From Minisyncoccota bacterium (GTDB lineage: Bacteria > Patescibacteriota > Minisyncoccia > Phycocordibacterales > CAJBRS01): a stretch of DNA of 64,000 nt. Of this stretch, positions 51,066 through 59,710 are shown piece by piece; position 1 is the stretch's first letter, and each line of letters opens with the position of its first letter. The notes under the pieces were generated by a model. It ran no database searches. It was given only the letters and a program-made list of their open reading frames with translations, and had not been told where the DNA came from. The stretch covers positions 59,639 through 123,638 of the forward strand of contig JADGRH010000001.1 of NCBI GenBank assembly GCA_017881075.1, read 5' to 3'. The position numbers and the translations under genes were made by a program.

Positions 51066-51719
51066 ATGAAACAGTCAGTAAAGTGGTATAAACACAAAGA
51101 GACCCTTTTCATTCTGCTCTTCGTTGGTATATTTTTCGTCTCCTTTGTCATTTTGTATTTTCTGGGACTAATTCCTAATGAGTTGATTGTTGATACCAGT
51201 AAGCCGAGCGCTCTGGACCAATTGAATGAACACTCCATTGAAAGTGTTGTTGGGGGCAATAACTCGAATAATTATTCAGTCACCATTCTCCAAGAAGAGC
51301 CCATCAAGATTGAGGCGGCCACAATCGGTTTAAGTTTCAGTATTGAAAACCCGACCACTGATAATTATCAGGCTCTGGATTCGGCACTGGTGAGGGGGGC
51401 GGTCCATTATCCCGGCTCCGGTTTTCCCGGTGCAGGCAACATGTTTATTTTTGGTCACAGCACCGGCTTCAAAGTAGTGAACAACAAGGCTTATCAAGTT
51501 TTCAATAATATTCACAATCTTCAGCAAGGTGATGAAATAAAAATTTATTCCAAGGACAAAGTTTATTCATATCGTGTCAGTTCGGTGAAGTTGGAAAAAG
51601 ACAGTAATGCTTATGTCAACTTCTCCACCAATATCAACAAATTAACTCTCTCTACCTGCAACAGTTTCGGCGCGAAAGAAGATAGGTATGTTGTGGAGGC
51701 AGACTACGTTAGCAGCTAA
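51066..51719 (+). CDS. Sortase (class D/E-like)
   Basis: N-terminal TM, GAVHYPGS, FIFGHS (His), LTLSTC (Cys), RYVV (Arg). Confidence 0.93.
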   Translation: MKQSVKWYKHKETLFILLFVGIFFVSFVILYFLGLIPNELIVDTSKPSALDQLNEHSIESVVGGNNSNNYSVTILQEEPIKIEAATIGLSFSIENPTTDNYQALDSALVRGAVHYPGSGFPGAGNMFIFGHSTGFKVVNNKAYQVFNNIHNLQQGDEIKIYSKDKVYSYRVSSVKLEKDSNAYVNFSTNINKLTLSTCNSFGAKEDRYVVEADYVSS

Positions 51720-51744
51720 GGGGCCGGCGCGGAGCGCCGGCCCC
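51720..51744 (+). terminator. GC-rich hairpin after sortase
   Basis: ggggccggcgc-gga-gcgccggcccc; no clear T tract. Confidence 0.6.
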
Positions 51745-51853
51745 GTTGACTATTTCTTCATATAGTGGTAGCAATTAGAGTGGGTAAAACCAACTATTTT
51801 CAATAGAAATTTGACAAATCAATAAAACAAAAAACAAGAAAGGGCAGTTACAG

Positions 51854-53821
51854 ATGCAACAGAACGAACCAACGCAACAGATTTCACATGCTCGCCTTCA
51901 AAAACGCTACCCCACTATGAGGATCGGTGAAGATGAGGATGAGTTCGCAGTAGATCTTGACACCACGAACACTGAGAAAAAAGGGAGACCAGTTAAGGAC
52001 CTGGATCGGGGTGAAAAACAACTTCATTTCGATCATCGGCTTCTCCGATATAATAAACCTGAATTGGCTGCAATGGCCGAACCGCTTTTGCCGGGAGATG
52101 TGAGAGAGACAAGCAATCTCTCCCTTATTTCGGGAAAGACTGGCCATGAAAGCGACGCCAGTCTTCACCGGGTTGTAAAACCCGAAATGGTCGGAGACGG
52201 AGAGAGAGGACGTGCTCTGGCTGAGAGACGACAAAAGAGACGGTTTCCCCGTGAAAATTTCGGCTTAGGAAAGCTCCAAGACGATCACATCAGAATCTAC
52301 GGCAATGCCATTGACGCCTTCGGCTCTCTAGGTCTGGTTAAAGGAAAATTCGAGGAAGGTTTCATTATCGACCTCGACCAGGGTGAAATCGAAGGAAACG
52401 TCGGCGGAAAGAGTGGCTTTAATCACAACACTCACAATATCAGTAATGTCGAGGGCGATGTCACCGGAACAACAGGAAATCCCAGCGGTTTCATAACAAA
52501 GGTAAATGTCACGGATTGGGGTAACTGGGAACAGATACTTCTTCTCTTTTTCGGGTACGATCCGCTTTTGTGGGATGGAACACCTCTTCCCTCTGATCTG
52601 GCTCCTAAGCCAGGAAGCGCCGTTGATCTTTATCGAATCGCCCGAAAAGCATACGAGACTGGCGGTGGAGGTTACACCCCTGAAATCAAGGCACTCTACG
52701 ATCTCTATCGGGTTGAGCTCGCAAGGGTTTGGAAAATCGCCGAAGAGATGCAACTGCCGTGTTATCTCGATCTGGTAACGACCGCCGACTGGAATGCCGG
52801 CGACTGGGTCTATCGAGATTTTTTCGAAAAGTGCCAAGCCAGGTACGAACAAGCGAAAAAAGACGGGGTAGAAAATCCCGTGGAAACACCATTCGTCCTT
52901 GTAAGACACGAAAGTGGCAATCTTCGCACCACGATCGCCTTGTTCTCGGAACTCGACGGTCGTTCTGATGCGGAAAAACAGTGGGAACTGCCGGATGAAC
53001 CAGTCATTCGGAACATCAGCGCGACAGTGCATTGGAGATCAGAGTGGATGCCTCAAGAAGAGATCGAGTGGCGAACGCGAGCTAATGAAAAAATCTCGCG
53101 TAAGAATATTCGTCGTCAGTTGCGTGGCAAAGAACCTTTGCCTCTGTGGCCTGTTGGATCTCTGATTCCAGAATGCGTGCGGCATGGATGGGACGGGGAG
53201 AGGAAGCTCACCCTAAGGCCCATCATAGAGTTTCCTAAACAGCCCGACAGGGAGGTCTGGAACTTTAAGCCGAGATCGGAAAGTGACGAACATTTCCACG
53301 CTCGAATGTTTCGGAAATATAGGATCTGTCCGCGACACCCACCCTTCTGGATTGAGGATTTCTATGTCTCGGTACCAGTCTATGCAGGTACAGGGAAAGT
53401 GAAATACCTCATTTGTCCGAAGATGTTGAAGATGCCGCCCGGTCCGATGCTACACGTTTCTCATGTGCGTGAATTGCTTCATAGGCCAAGAGCTGAAGCT
53501 CTGGCTTATGTGGATCGTCTTCAACCCAAAAAGCCGCAACTCAGCGCTAAAGCGCTTCAGTACATTAAAGGAAAGATGAAACCTTTGCCAAAGGAAGAGC
53601 GAAGAAGTAAAGCCAAACAGAAAACCAAGACTATCCCTCGGATTTCGGAACAACCTCCGAATTTGCCGAAGGAAGTTAATCTTCCTGCTTCAGCTACAAC
53701 TTCAACTTTAGTAGCACCGGCGCCGAATTCTTCCAAAACTCCGCCGGAACCCGAGACCCCAAAGACGGGGGTAATACGACGGCTTGCGGGTGCCGCCGCC
53801 TCCTTCTACATTAGGCAATAG
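51854..53821 (+). CDS. Hypothetical protein (655 aa, no recognisable family)
   Basis: Long ORF with A-rich leader/RBS and its own terminator. Confidence 0.8.
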   Translation: MQQNEPTQQISHARLQKRYPTMRIGEDEDEFAVDLDTTNTEKKGRPVKDLDRGEKQLHFDHRLLRYNKPELAAMAEPLLPGDVRETSNLSLISGKTGHESDASLHRVVKPEMVGDGERGRALAERRQKRRFPRENFGLGKLQDDHIRIYGNAIDAFGSLGLVKGKFEEGFIIDLDQGEIEGNVGGKSGFNHNTHNISNVEGDVTGTTGNPSGFITKVNVTDWGNWEQILLLFFGYDPLLWDGTPLPSDLAPKPGSAVDLYRIARKAYETGGGGYTPEIKALYDLYRVELARVWKIAEEMQLPCYLDLVTTADWNAGDWVYRDFFEKCQARYEQAKKDGVENPVETPFVLVRHESGNLRTTIALFSELDGRSDAEKQWELPDEPVIRNISATVHWRSEWMPQEEIEWRTRANEKISRKNIRRQLRGKEPLPLWPVGSLIPECVRHGWDGERKLTLRPIIEFPKQPDREVWNFKPRSESDEHFHARMFRKYRICPRHPPFWIEDFYVSVPVYAGTGKVKYLICPKMLKMPPGPMLHVSHVRELLHRPRAEALAYVDRLQPKKPQLSAKALQYIKGKMKPLPKEERRSKAKQKTKTIPRISEQPPNLPKEVNLPASATTSTLVAPAPNSSKTPPEPETPKTGVIRRLAGAAASFYIRQ

Positions 53822-53840
53822 TAGGGAAATAACGATAGTC

Positions 53841-53868
53841 GGCGTCGCGTCTTGCGCGACGCCTTTTT
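53841..53868 (+). terminator. Intrinsic terminator
   Basis: ggcgtcgcg-tcttg-cgcgacgcc followed by ttttt. Confidence 0.85.
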
Positions 53869-53877
53869 AATTTTCCA

Positions 53878-53906
53878 TTGACACCAGCTACTTATCATGA
53901 TAGATA
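53878..53906 (+). promoter_or_regulatory. Sigma70-type promoter with extended -10
   Basis: TTGACA-17-TAGATA, with TGA immediately before the -10. Confidence 0.6.
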
Positions 53907-53960
53907 TCTGACTAGATATTGTAGGAAAAAACAACGAACAAAAACAAAAAGAAAGGTATT

Positions 53961-55424
53961 ATGATTAGTTTTTTGATAACACCGTGCAGGAAAATTTGGC
54001 CGAAAAAGCTGAAACCATGGCTTACGGCCACCATAGCCGTCGATATCGGCACCGACAATCTCGACATTTGTCTATGTGATTCAGACGGAAAGCCCGATGT
54101 CGACAAGATTCTTCAGCTGCCCACCGTTGCGCTCAAAATGGCTGATGGAGAAACTCTTCTCGCCATTGGGGATGAAGCTCGAGCGGTGATAGATCGTGTC
54201 TCTAATGATGCGGAAGAAAAAAGGCGTGTGGAGGTGATCCAGCCGGTCAGAAACGGCAAGATCGTCAATCGTCCAGTGGCGACAGCTCTTCTTAAGATGG
54301 GCCTCCGAGAGTTTTGGAAGCAGTATCCTCAAATCACGGATCAAACGCAAATCCGCCTGATTGTCACAGTGCCAATCAAGTTATCTCATGTCCAGGAACG
54401 AGAGGTAGTCAATGTGGCGCAAAACGCGACCACGAGGAATGACGATAGCAGCACCACTTCCGTCTCGGTTATCGATCAGCCGATGGCAGCAGCCATTGGT
54501 TCGGGAGTTTATAACCCGAAGAAAGTTATTGGGTCACTGATTTGTGACATCGGAGGGGGTACTCACCAGGTGATGGCCGTTTCCGGAGTAGCAGGTAACA
54601 TGGCCTCCAGGCTTTTGGAAGAAGGAGGCAACGCTTATACGGAGGTCATACAGGAGTATTGCCGCACCAAGCACAAGATCGATCCTGACTTCAACGAAGC
54701 CGAAAGGGTAAAGTGCGAGATCGGAGCAGCCGAGGTGGTTCCTGAAAAAGACGAGAACAACAAGATGACAGATGGTAATCGAACTACCAGAATCTATGGC
54801 AAACATCTCGAGACGCACTTGGGTGATTCGGTTGAATTGACCAGCGAGGAGTTGGTACCGGTCTTTGCTTCAATCCTTGGTCGTTTCGTGAGACTGATCA
54901 AGGAAGTGGGAGATGTCGCGCCCAAAGGAGTGGTTGCTGACATGGCAAAGCCAAACTCGGGTCTTTATCTTGCAGGCGGAGGCTCTCTGCTTCGCGGTCT
55001 GCCAGAATACCTGAAGAAAGAAACTGGTTACAATGTCTATGACATCCCGAATCCTCAAAGAGTTGTTGTGATTGGGGCGGCCATGGCACTGGGGAGTCCC
55101 ATCCTCTCCTTCAACTTTGTCCGGGAGCCTATCATTGAAGATCCAAAACGAAAGGGTTTGCCGAAAGCTGTCAAACGACCGTCGTTCAGCAACTTGAGCG
55201 GTCAAAGTCCGACCTTCAGATGCTCAACTCTTCCATCGGAGGATGGAGAATCGGATCCGGTCACCCAATACTCGAAGGGCACAACTTCTGATGGTAAGAC
55301 CTTCGAGGAGAAGGCCTTGCTCCTGGGTGTAGGCGTGAAGTATCTCGACGATCTCACACCCGCTGAGAAGAGACGACTCGCGGCGCAGAAGAAAATGCCG
55401 GTAATGGAGACGCAGACAGCCTAA
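53961..55424 (+). CDS. Divergent MreB/Mbl-like actin ATPase with C-terminal extension
   Basis: IAVDIGTDN, AIGDEAR, QPVRNGKI, QPMAAAIGSG, ICDIGGGT, AERVKCEIG, LAGGGSLLRGL, PQRVVVIGA. Confidence 0.88.
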   Translation: MISFLITPCRKIWPKKLKPWLTATIAVDIGTDNLDICLCDSDGKPDVDKILQLPTVALKMADGETLLAIGDEARAVIDRVSNDAEEKRRVEVIQPVRNGKIVNRPVATALLKMGLREFWKQYPQITDQTQIRLIVTVPIKLSHVQEREVVNVAQNATTRNDDSSTTSVSVIDQPMAAAIGSGVYNPKKVIGSLICDIGGGTHQVMAVSGVAGNMASRLLEEGGNAYTEVIQEYCRTKHKIDPDFNEAERVKCEIGAAEVVPEKDENNKMTDGNRTTRIYGKHLETHLGDSVELTSEELVPVFASILGRFVRLIKEVGDVAPKGVVADMAKPNSGLYLAGGGSLLRGLPEYLKKETGYNVYDIPNPQRVVVIGAAMALGSPILSFNFVREPIIEDPKRKGLPKAVKRPSFSNLSGQSPTFRCSTLPSEDGESDPVTQYSKGTTSDGKTFEEKALLLGVGVKYLDDLTPAEKRRLAAQKKMPVMETQTA

Positions 55425-55442
55425 GGGTAGTAATTAGTCAGC

Positions 55443-55472
55443 GCCGCGGAAACCTAGTTTCCGCGGCTTTTT
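55443..55472 (+). terminator. Intrinsic terminator
   Basis: gccgcggaaac-cta-gtttccgcggc followed by ttttt. Confidence 0.85.
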
Positions 55473-55502
55473 ATATAAAGTAGCTTCTACGGTAAAATTT
55501 AA

Positions 55503-55531
55503 TTGACGTATAAGATTTAGTGTGATAAGGT
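55503..55531 (+). promoter_or_regulatory. Sigma70-type promoter with extended -10
   Basis: TTGACG-17-TAAGGT preceded by TGTGA. Confidence 0.6.
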
Positions 55532-55596
55532 CAAAAAGAATTTTCATTTCGTCGAATTCTCGACGAAACAGCTCTTAAACAAAGAAAGGAACATAA

Positions 55597-56319
55597 ATGG
55601 CTAAACCAGCCGTAAAGAAAGTCTCAGTGCAGAGGCGCGCGGTTCAATTGGTCAGTCAATTCATTTGCGCTGGCCGCAAGTTTCATTGGCGCAGGGTCGG
55701 AATTACTCTTCTCATGCTTGTAGTTTTTCCAATCTTGATGTGCACTCTTTGGCATCACGGAGGAAAAATCGCTTCTCTCGGGTGGCGTACAACCACTCAA
55801 GGATTGCAATATTTTGGTAGTCACATGCAGATGGCAACGAAGTTGGCAAAAGTGCAGACAGCGCTCAACCTTACCGACTACGATCTTCGAGTGACACAGC
55901 AAAAGTTTGCCAACAAAACCGAAGAAGCGGCGGAAAATGCAGACGAGGCAAAGGCCGCGCACAAATCGGAAGCGGAGTTGCGTGAGTCCCTAGCTGCGAA
56001 GAAGGAATCTTTGGACGCCGAGAAAAAAGCCACCACTAGACTTGAGGGAGAGGTCACACAGGCAAACCTTAATGGCCAGAAGCGGGTGGAGAAAGCTCAA
56101 GCGGAAGCAGCTTCAAAGATCGCTGATGCCAATGGTGTAGCAGCGGCTGCCGTTAATCGCGCCAAAGTAGCCGAAGCTGCGGTAAACAAACTTCCAGACG
56201 AAAGTTTGAGCAAAGCCAAAGCCGAAGCGGAGCAAAAAAACGCCAGATTGGAAGCGGAGCTTAGACAATCGAGAGCGCGACACCTCGCAGACGTCAAAGA
56301 ATTACTGAAGGGCTATTAG
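55597..56319 (+). CDS. Hypothetical membrane-anchored coiled-coil protein
   Basis: AAAGGA RBS; one TM, then an Ala/Glu/Lys-rich heptad region. Confidence 0.8.
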   Translation: MAKPAVKKVSVQRRAVQLVSQFICAGRKFHWRRVGITLLMLVVFPILMCTLWHHGGKIASLGWRTTTQGLQYFGSHMQMATKLAKVQTALNLTDYDLRVTQQKFANKTEEAAENADEAKAAHKSEAELRESLAAKKESLDAEKKATTRLEGEVTQANLNGQKRVEKAQAEAASKIADANGVAAAAVNRAKVAEAAVNKLPDESLSKAKAEAEQKNARLEAELRQSRARHLADVKELLKGY

Positions 56320-56333
56320 TGCTCAATCAGGAC

Positions 56334-56368
56334 GCAGTGCGGAACACCGATTCCCGCACTGCTTTTTA
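56334..56368 (+). terminator. Intrinsic terminator
   Basis: gcagtgcggaa...ttcccgcactgc followed by ttttt. Confidence 0.8.
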
Positions 56369-56392
56369 TTTTAGGGCTGTTTCAAATTGCCC

Positions 56393-56421
56393 TTGACTTT
56401 ATTTCAGGGATGTGATAATAA
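56393..56421 (+). promoter_or_regulatory. Sigma70-type promoter with extended -10
   Basis: TTGACT-17-TAATAA preceded by TGTGA. Confidence 0.6.
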
Positions 56422-56512
56422 GAGAAATGAATCGTCAATAGTTAATAAATCTTGAACAAGTATTCAGGGTTTATGTTGACAAACAAACAACGCAGACAAC
56501 CCGGGAGGGTTT

Positions 56513-57097
56513 ATGAATATATCGAAAACAAACAAGCCATTCGCTCTCATTCTCGCGCTCATCGCGGCCGTTTCCTTCGTCGCCACCCCCGTGGCGTTCG
56601 CTGGCGACAGGAACGAAGCGAAGCCGAAGCAATCGGCGATACCTACTAAAGCAGCCGCCAAGAAACTACCAAACGAATTCACTGGCATTCCTGAAGCCAC
56701 GCCAGTGGATCAAATGATCGCAATTGATACGACACCGACCGGAAACGATCCGAACAAAAAGAAACTCCAACAGCTAGCTACAGCTGCCGACCCCACGGCG
56801 TCAGCAACTCCGGACCCTACGGTGGAAGCCAAAGCTGGGATCGTCGCCGAGATTCGCAGGATGGCGAAAGCCAAGATTGACGAGATCACAGCCGAAAAAG
56901 ATGATGTTTCGAGCAAGTACAACGAACTGGTCAAAGGCTACAACAATCTGCTCACGCAACTAAACACTGCGAATGGCGATAAGGCTAAGTTGCAAGCCAA
57001 TTACAACGTCTTGGCGGCAGCGTTGGATGGAGCCGACGACATCAAAACGACGCTCAAGCCGAAAGAAAACCCGGCACCGACGGTCGTTAAGAAATAA
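56513..57097 (+). CDS. Hypothetical secreted coiled-coil protein
   Basis: GGGAGG RBS, Sec signal ending AFA, C-terminal coiled coil. Confidence 0.8.
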   Translation: MNISKTNKPFALILALIAAVSFVATPVAFAGDRNEAKPKQSAIPTKAAAKKLPNEFTGIPEATPVDQMIAIDTTPTGNDPNKKKLQQLATAADPTASATPDPTVEAKAGIVAEIRRMAKAKIDEITAEKDDVSSKYNELVKGYNNLLTQLNTANGDKAKLQANYNVLAAALDGADDIKTTLKPKENPAPTVVKK

Positions 57098-57116
57098 GAC
57101 ACGATCAATTTCGATC

Positions 57117-57156
57117 AGCGAGCGCAGGGAAGTCCTTTGCGCTCGCTATTTTATTT
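57117..57156 (+). terminator. Intrinsic terminator
   Basis: agcgagcgca...tgcgctcgct followed by attttattt. Confidence 0.75.
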
Positions 57157-57169
57157 AGAGACGAAGCCC

Positions 57170-57198
57170 TTGACTTTCTACTACTAGTATGATAATAT
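57170..57198 (+). promoter_or_regulatory. Sigma70-type promoter with extended -10
   Basis: TTGACT-17-TAATAT preceded by TGA; shares gcccttgacttt with the promoter at 56389. Confidence 0.65.
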
Positions 57199-57256
57199 AC
57201 AGGTAAATCAGGTTCTAGACACTATGTTTAGGGCCGCAACACGGAGAAGTATACAG

Positions 57257-58057
57257 ATGAAAAAACAGATCTTTGCAACACTGATCATGGCCCTAGTGGC
57301 TGGATCGATGATCAATAACGTCTCAGCCCAGACTTCAGCATCAGTGGCCGCTGACGCTGACGTTGTGGCACGCGCGGAAAAATTCAAGGCAAACAGGGTG
57401 CATATCGCAACTCTGGAGCAGGAAAATGCTCGGCTCACAGCAAACGCCGAAGTCTACAAAGAAGCTTTGGGAACAGAGCCCGTTGTGACTTCCTCGCCTG
57501 CGGCAAGCACAACCGCTTCACCAAGCGCGACGACAGACACCAAAGCGGAGAGCGCGACGAAGGACGCCACCGAAGCCGAGATCAAGAGATTGGTCGAGGA
57601 CAAACGGCGCGAAATCGCGGCAAGGAAAAATCTTCCTGGCCCGACAGCGAACAACACCTCTGCGGCACCGGCGAGCACGCCCGCAGACCCAATGGATCGT
57701 GAAGGCTACACCAAGACCTTGGTGGGTAGCTACATCCAGAAGGTGGAAGACCCGCGTTCTAAGCCCGTCGAAATCTTGGCCCGCAAGATTACCCTGGTTG
57801 GAGAAACCGAGGGAAAGATGCGCGAGCTTTGTTTCTGGACTGATGGGCACCACAACATTACCACGGGGTATGTGAGTGGTGGGGTGAAGGCGCATTTGAA
57901 TCGTCCGGATCATCAAACCTGGAAAAGGGGAGAGATCCGCGACGGACAGACAGGCAACATTCTTGTCGTCTATTACGTCGATTCGCCGGAAGGGAAGGTG
58001 GTCACAGCCTCCCGCCGGGAGTACCATCAAAAGCCGTCAAAGAATCAGCGTCGATAG
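57257..58057 (+). CDS. Hypothetical secreted protein
   Basis: GGAG RBS before MKKQIFATL signal peptide; short coiled coil, Ala/Thr linkers and a beta-rich C-terminal domain. Confidence 0.8.
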   Translation: MKKQIFATLIMALVAGSMINNVSAQTSASVAADADVVARAEKFKANRVHIATLEQENARLTANAEVYKEALGTEPVVTSSPAASTTASPSATTDTKAESATKDATEAEIKRLVEDKRREIAARKNLPGPTANNTSAAPASTPADPMDREGYTKTLVGSYIQKVEDPRSKPVEILARKITLVGETEGKMRELCFWTDGHHNITTGYVSGGVKAHLNRPDHQTWKRGEIRDGQTGNILVVYYVDSPEGKVVTASRREYHQKPSKNQRR

Positions 58058-58126
58058 GACGCAAAACGACTATAAGCGACAAGTGCAGGGAAAAAGTCCC
58101 ACACTTGCCGCCGTTTATTTAAAAAC

Positions 58127-58154
58127 TTGACAAATTAATGATATAGTGTATAAT
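58127..58154 (+). promoter_or_regulatory. Sigma70-type promoter
   Basis: TTGACA-16-TATAAT. Confidence 0.65.
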
Positions 58155-58211
58155 ACTTAAATCATTGATTTTTAGCCAAAAAAGCATAATTTAAAAATAA
58201 TCAACAAAAAC

Positions 58212-59663
58212 ATGAACAAAATTTTAAAAACAATTAAATACAGCTTAGGAATTATGGTAATCCTTGCCTTTGCTTCTATTTCTATGGGGCAAGTTGTTTA
58301 TGCGGATACCCCATCTGATTATGGATCAGGAAGCTACTACGACTACACTCCTGATTATGGATCTGGAAGTTATTACAACTATACCCCTGATTATGGATCC
58401 GGCAGTTACTATAATTATACTCCTGACTATGGCTCAGGCAGTTACTACGATTCTTCTCCGACCTACACTGATAATACTTCCGGCAATGGTTACGGCACCG
58501 ACTATGGTTATTACTACGGAGACAACTGTGGCTCTAGTTGCGACACTACTAATTATGGCACTGACCAGGGTTATTACTATGGTAATAACTGTGATACTAG
58601 TTGCGACACCGCTAGCAATGATTATGGTTACGGTGGCTCTGGTGGTGGCTACGGAGGCTGTTCTTACGGTTGTGGTAGTAGTAACTCCGGAAGTTATGGC
58701 ATGCCATCCTACAATTCCTACGGCACTCCCTCTTACAATCCACCATCTTACAATTACAACCCCACCCCTACCTATTACAATCCTCCATCTTCTAACGGCT
58801 CCGGCGCTATCGTAGTGAATAACAACAATAACAATACAAATAACAACACCAACAACAATAATGTGGTAGTGAATATTCCTCCGGTCAATACTGTCACTCC
58901 TCCGCCACCCCCACCTCCTCCTGTCTACAACAACCTTACTGCTTACTGTGTTGGCACCCCTTCTAATCCTCAAATTGGAGATAATGTTACATGGAGAGTC
59001 TATGCCTCGGGGGGTAATGGTAACTACAATTATTCTTGGAGAGGAGATGTCTCTGGTAATAACACAACTGAAAACGCCAACTATTATAATAGTGGTACAG
59101 AGAGTGCTTCAGTCAGGGTAACAACCTCAAATGGCGATAGCTTTACTACCGACCAATGTGAAGTAAACGTGCAACCACGAGGATCAACCATTTCTAATGT
59201 TACGGTCTATACTCCACCAACAGGCACTCCTAGCGCAGGTGTATTCCTTAGCCAAATTCCTGCTACTGGCATCAGCCCTACGATGAAATTGGCTCTCTTC
59301 ATTCTCGGACTCTTTCTCTGGAGCGCCTTCGGAGCCTACATGATTCTGGAACGACGCAAGATGGGTACATTGGCTACTGCTGGTATCAATGCTTCCGACA
59401 TGGAAGATGAGGCCGACGAAGTGGTCACTGAACCGACGGAATCAATTCCAGCTGACGATCTTGAAAGTAATCTTTCTTTCCGAGCGCGCGAGAACAATGT
59501 TCTCATCTCTCGAGATGGTCTTGCCGTCATAATGAATCGAGCCAATGGCAATCAGGGCGAGGCTGAAAACATCCTTTCACAACTCGTGAGCAAGGTTTCC
59601 AGAAATGACGGAGATTACGCTACACTGAACGGAGAAAAAATTAATAAATTACTTAATAGTTAA
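58212..59663 (+). CDS. Tyr/Gly/Ser-rich surface protein with PKD-like domain, sortase-type signal (IPATG-TM-RRK) and cytoplasmic tail
   Basis: Signal peptide; PDYGSGSYYNYT x4; poly-N and poly-P; ASGGNGNYNYSW (PKD-like); GTPSAGVFLSQIPATG plus TM; about 100 aa after the TM. Confidence 0.85.
   Translation: MNKILKTIKYSLGIMVILAFASISMGQVVYADTPSDYGSGSYYDYTPDYGSGSYYNYTPDYGSGSYYNYTPDYGSGSYYDSSPTYTDNTSGNGYGTDYGYYYGDNCGSSCDTTNYGTDQGYYYGNNCDTSCDTASNDYGYGGSGGGYGGCSYGCGSSNSGSYGMPSYNSYGTPSYNPPSYNYNPTPTYYNPPSSNGSGAIVVNNNNNNTNNNTNNNNVVVNIPPVNTVTPPPPPPPPVYNNLTAYCVGTPSNPQIGDNVTWRVYASGGNGNYNYSWRGDVSGNNTTENANYYNSGTESASVRVTTSNGDSFTTDQCEVNVQPRGSTISNVTVYTPPTGTPSAGVFLSQIPATGISPTMKLALFILGLFLWSAFGAYMILERRKMGTLATAGINASDMEDEADEVVTEPTESIPADDLESNLSFRARENNVLISRDGLAVIMNRANGNQGEAENILSQLVSKVSRNDGDYATLNGEKINKLLNS
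58314..58450 (+). repeat. 36-bp tandem repeat x4 (PDYGSGSYYxYT)
   Basis: ctgattatggatc.gg.ag.ta.ta. units with a 36-bp period. Confidence 0.9.
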
Positions 59664-59667
59664 CAAA

Positions 59668-59710
59668 AAAGAAAACAGCGGCCGCCTAAAGGCGGCCGCT
59701 GTTTTCTTTT
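59668..59710. terminator. Bidirectional terminator overlapping the thrS stop
   Basis: aaagaaaacagcggccgcc-taaa-ggcggccgctgttttcttt. Confidence 0.85.

Noticed and set aside
51720-58112. Classical integron attC cassette array
   Set aside because: The hairpins look like intrinsic terminators with T tracts, lack RYYYAAC/GTTRRRY ends, and no IntI is in the window.
58314-58450. 36-bp periodic repeat as CRISPR
   Set aside because: No unique spacers; variation is mainly at synonymous positions of a coding repeat.
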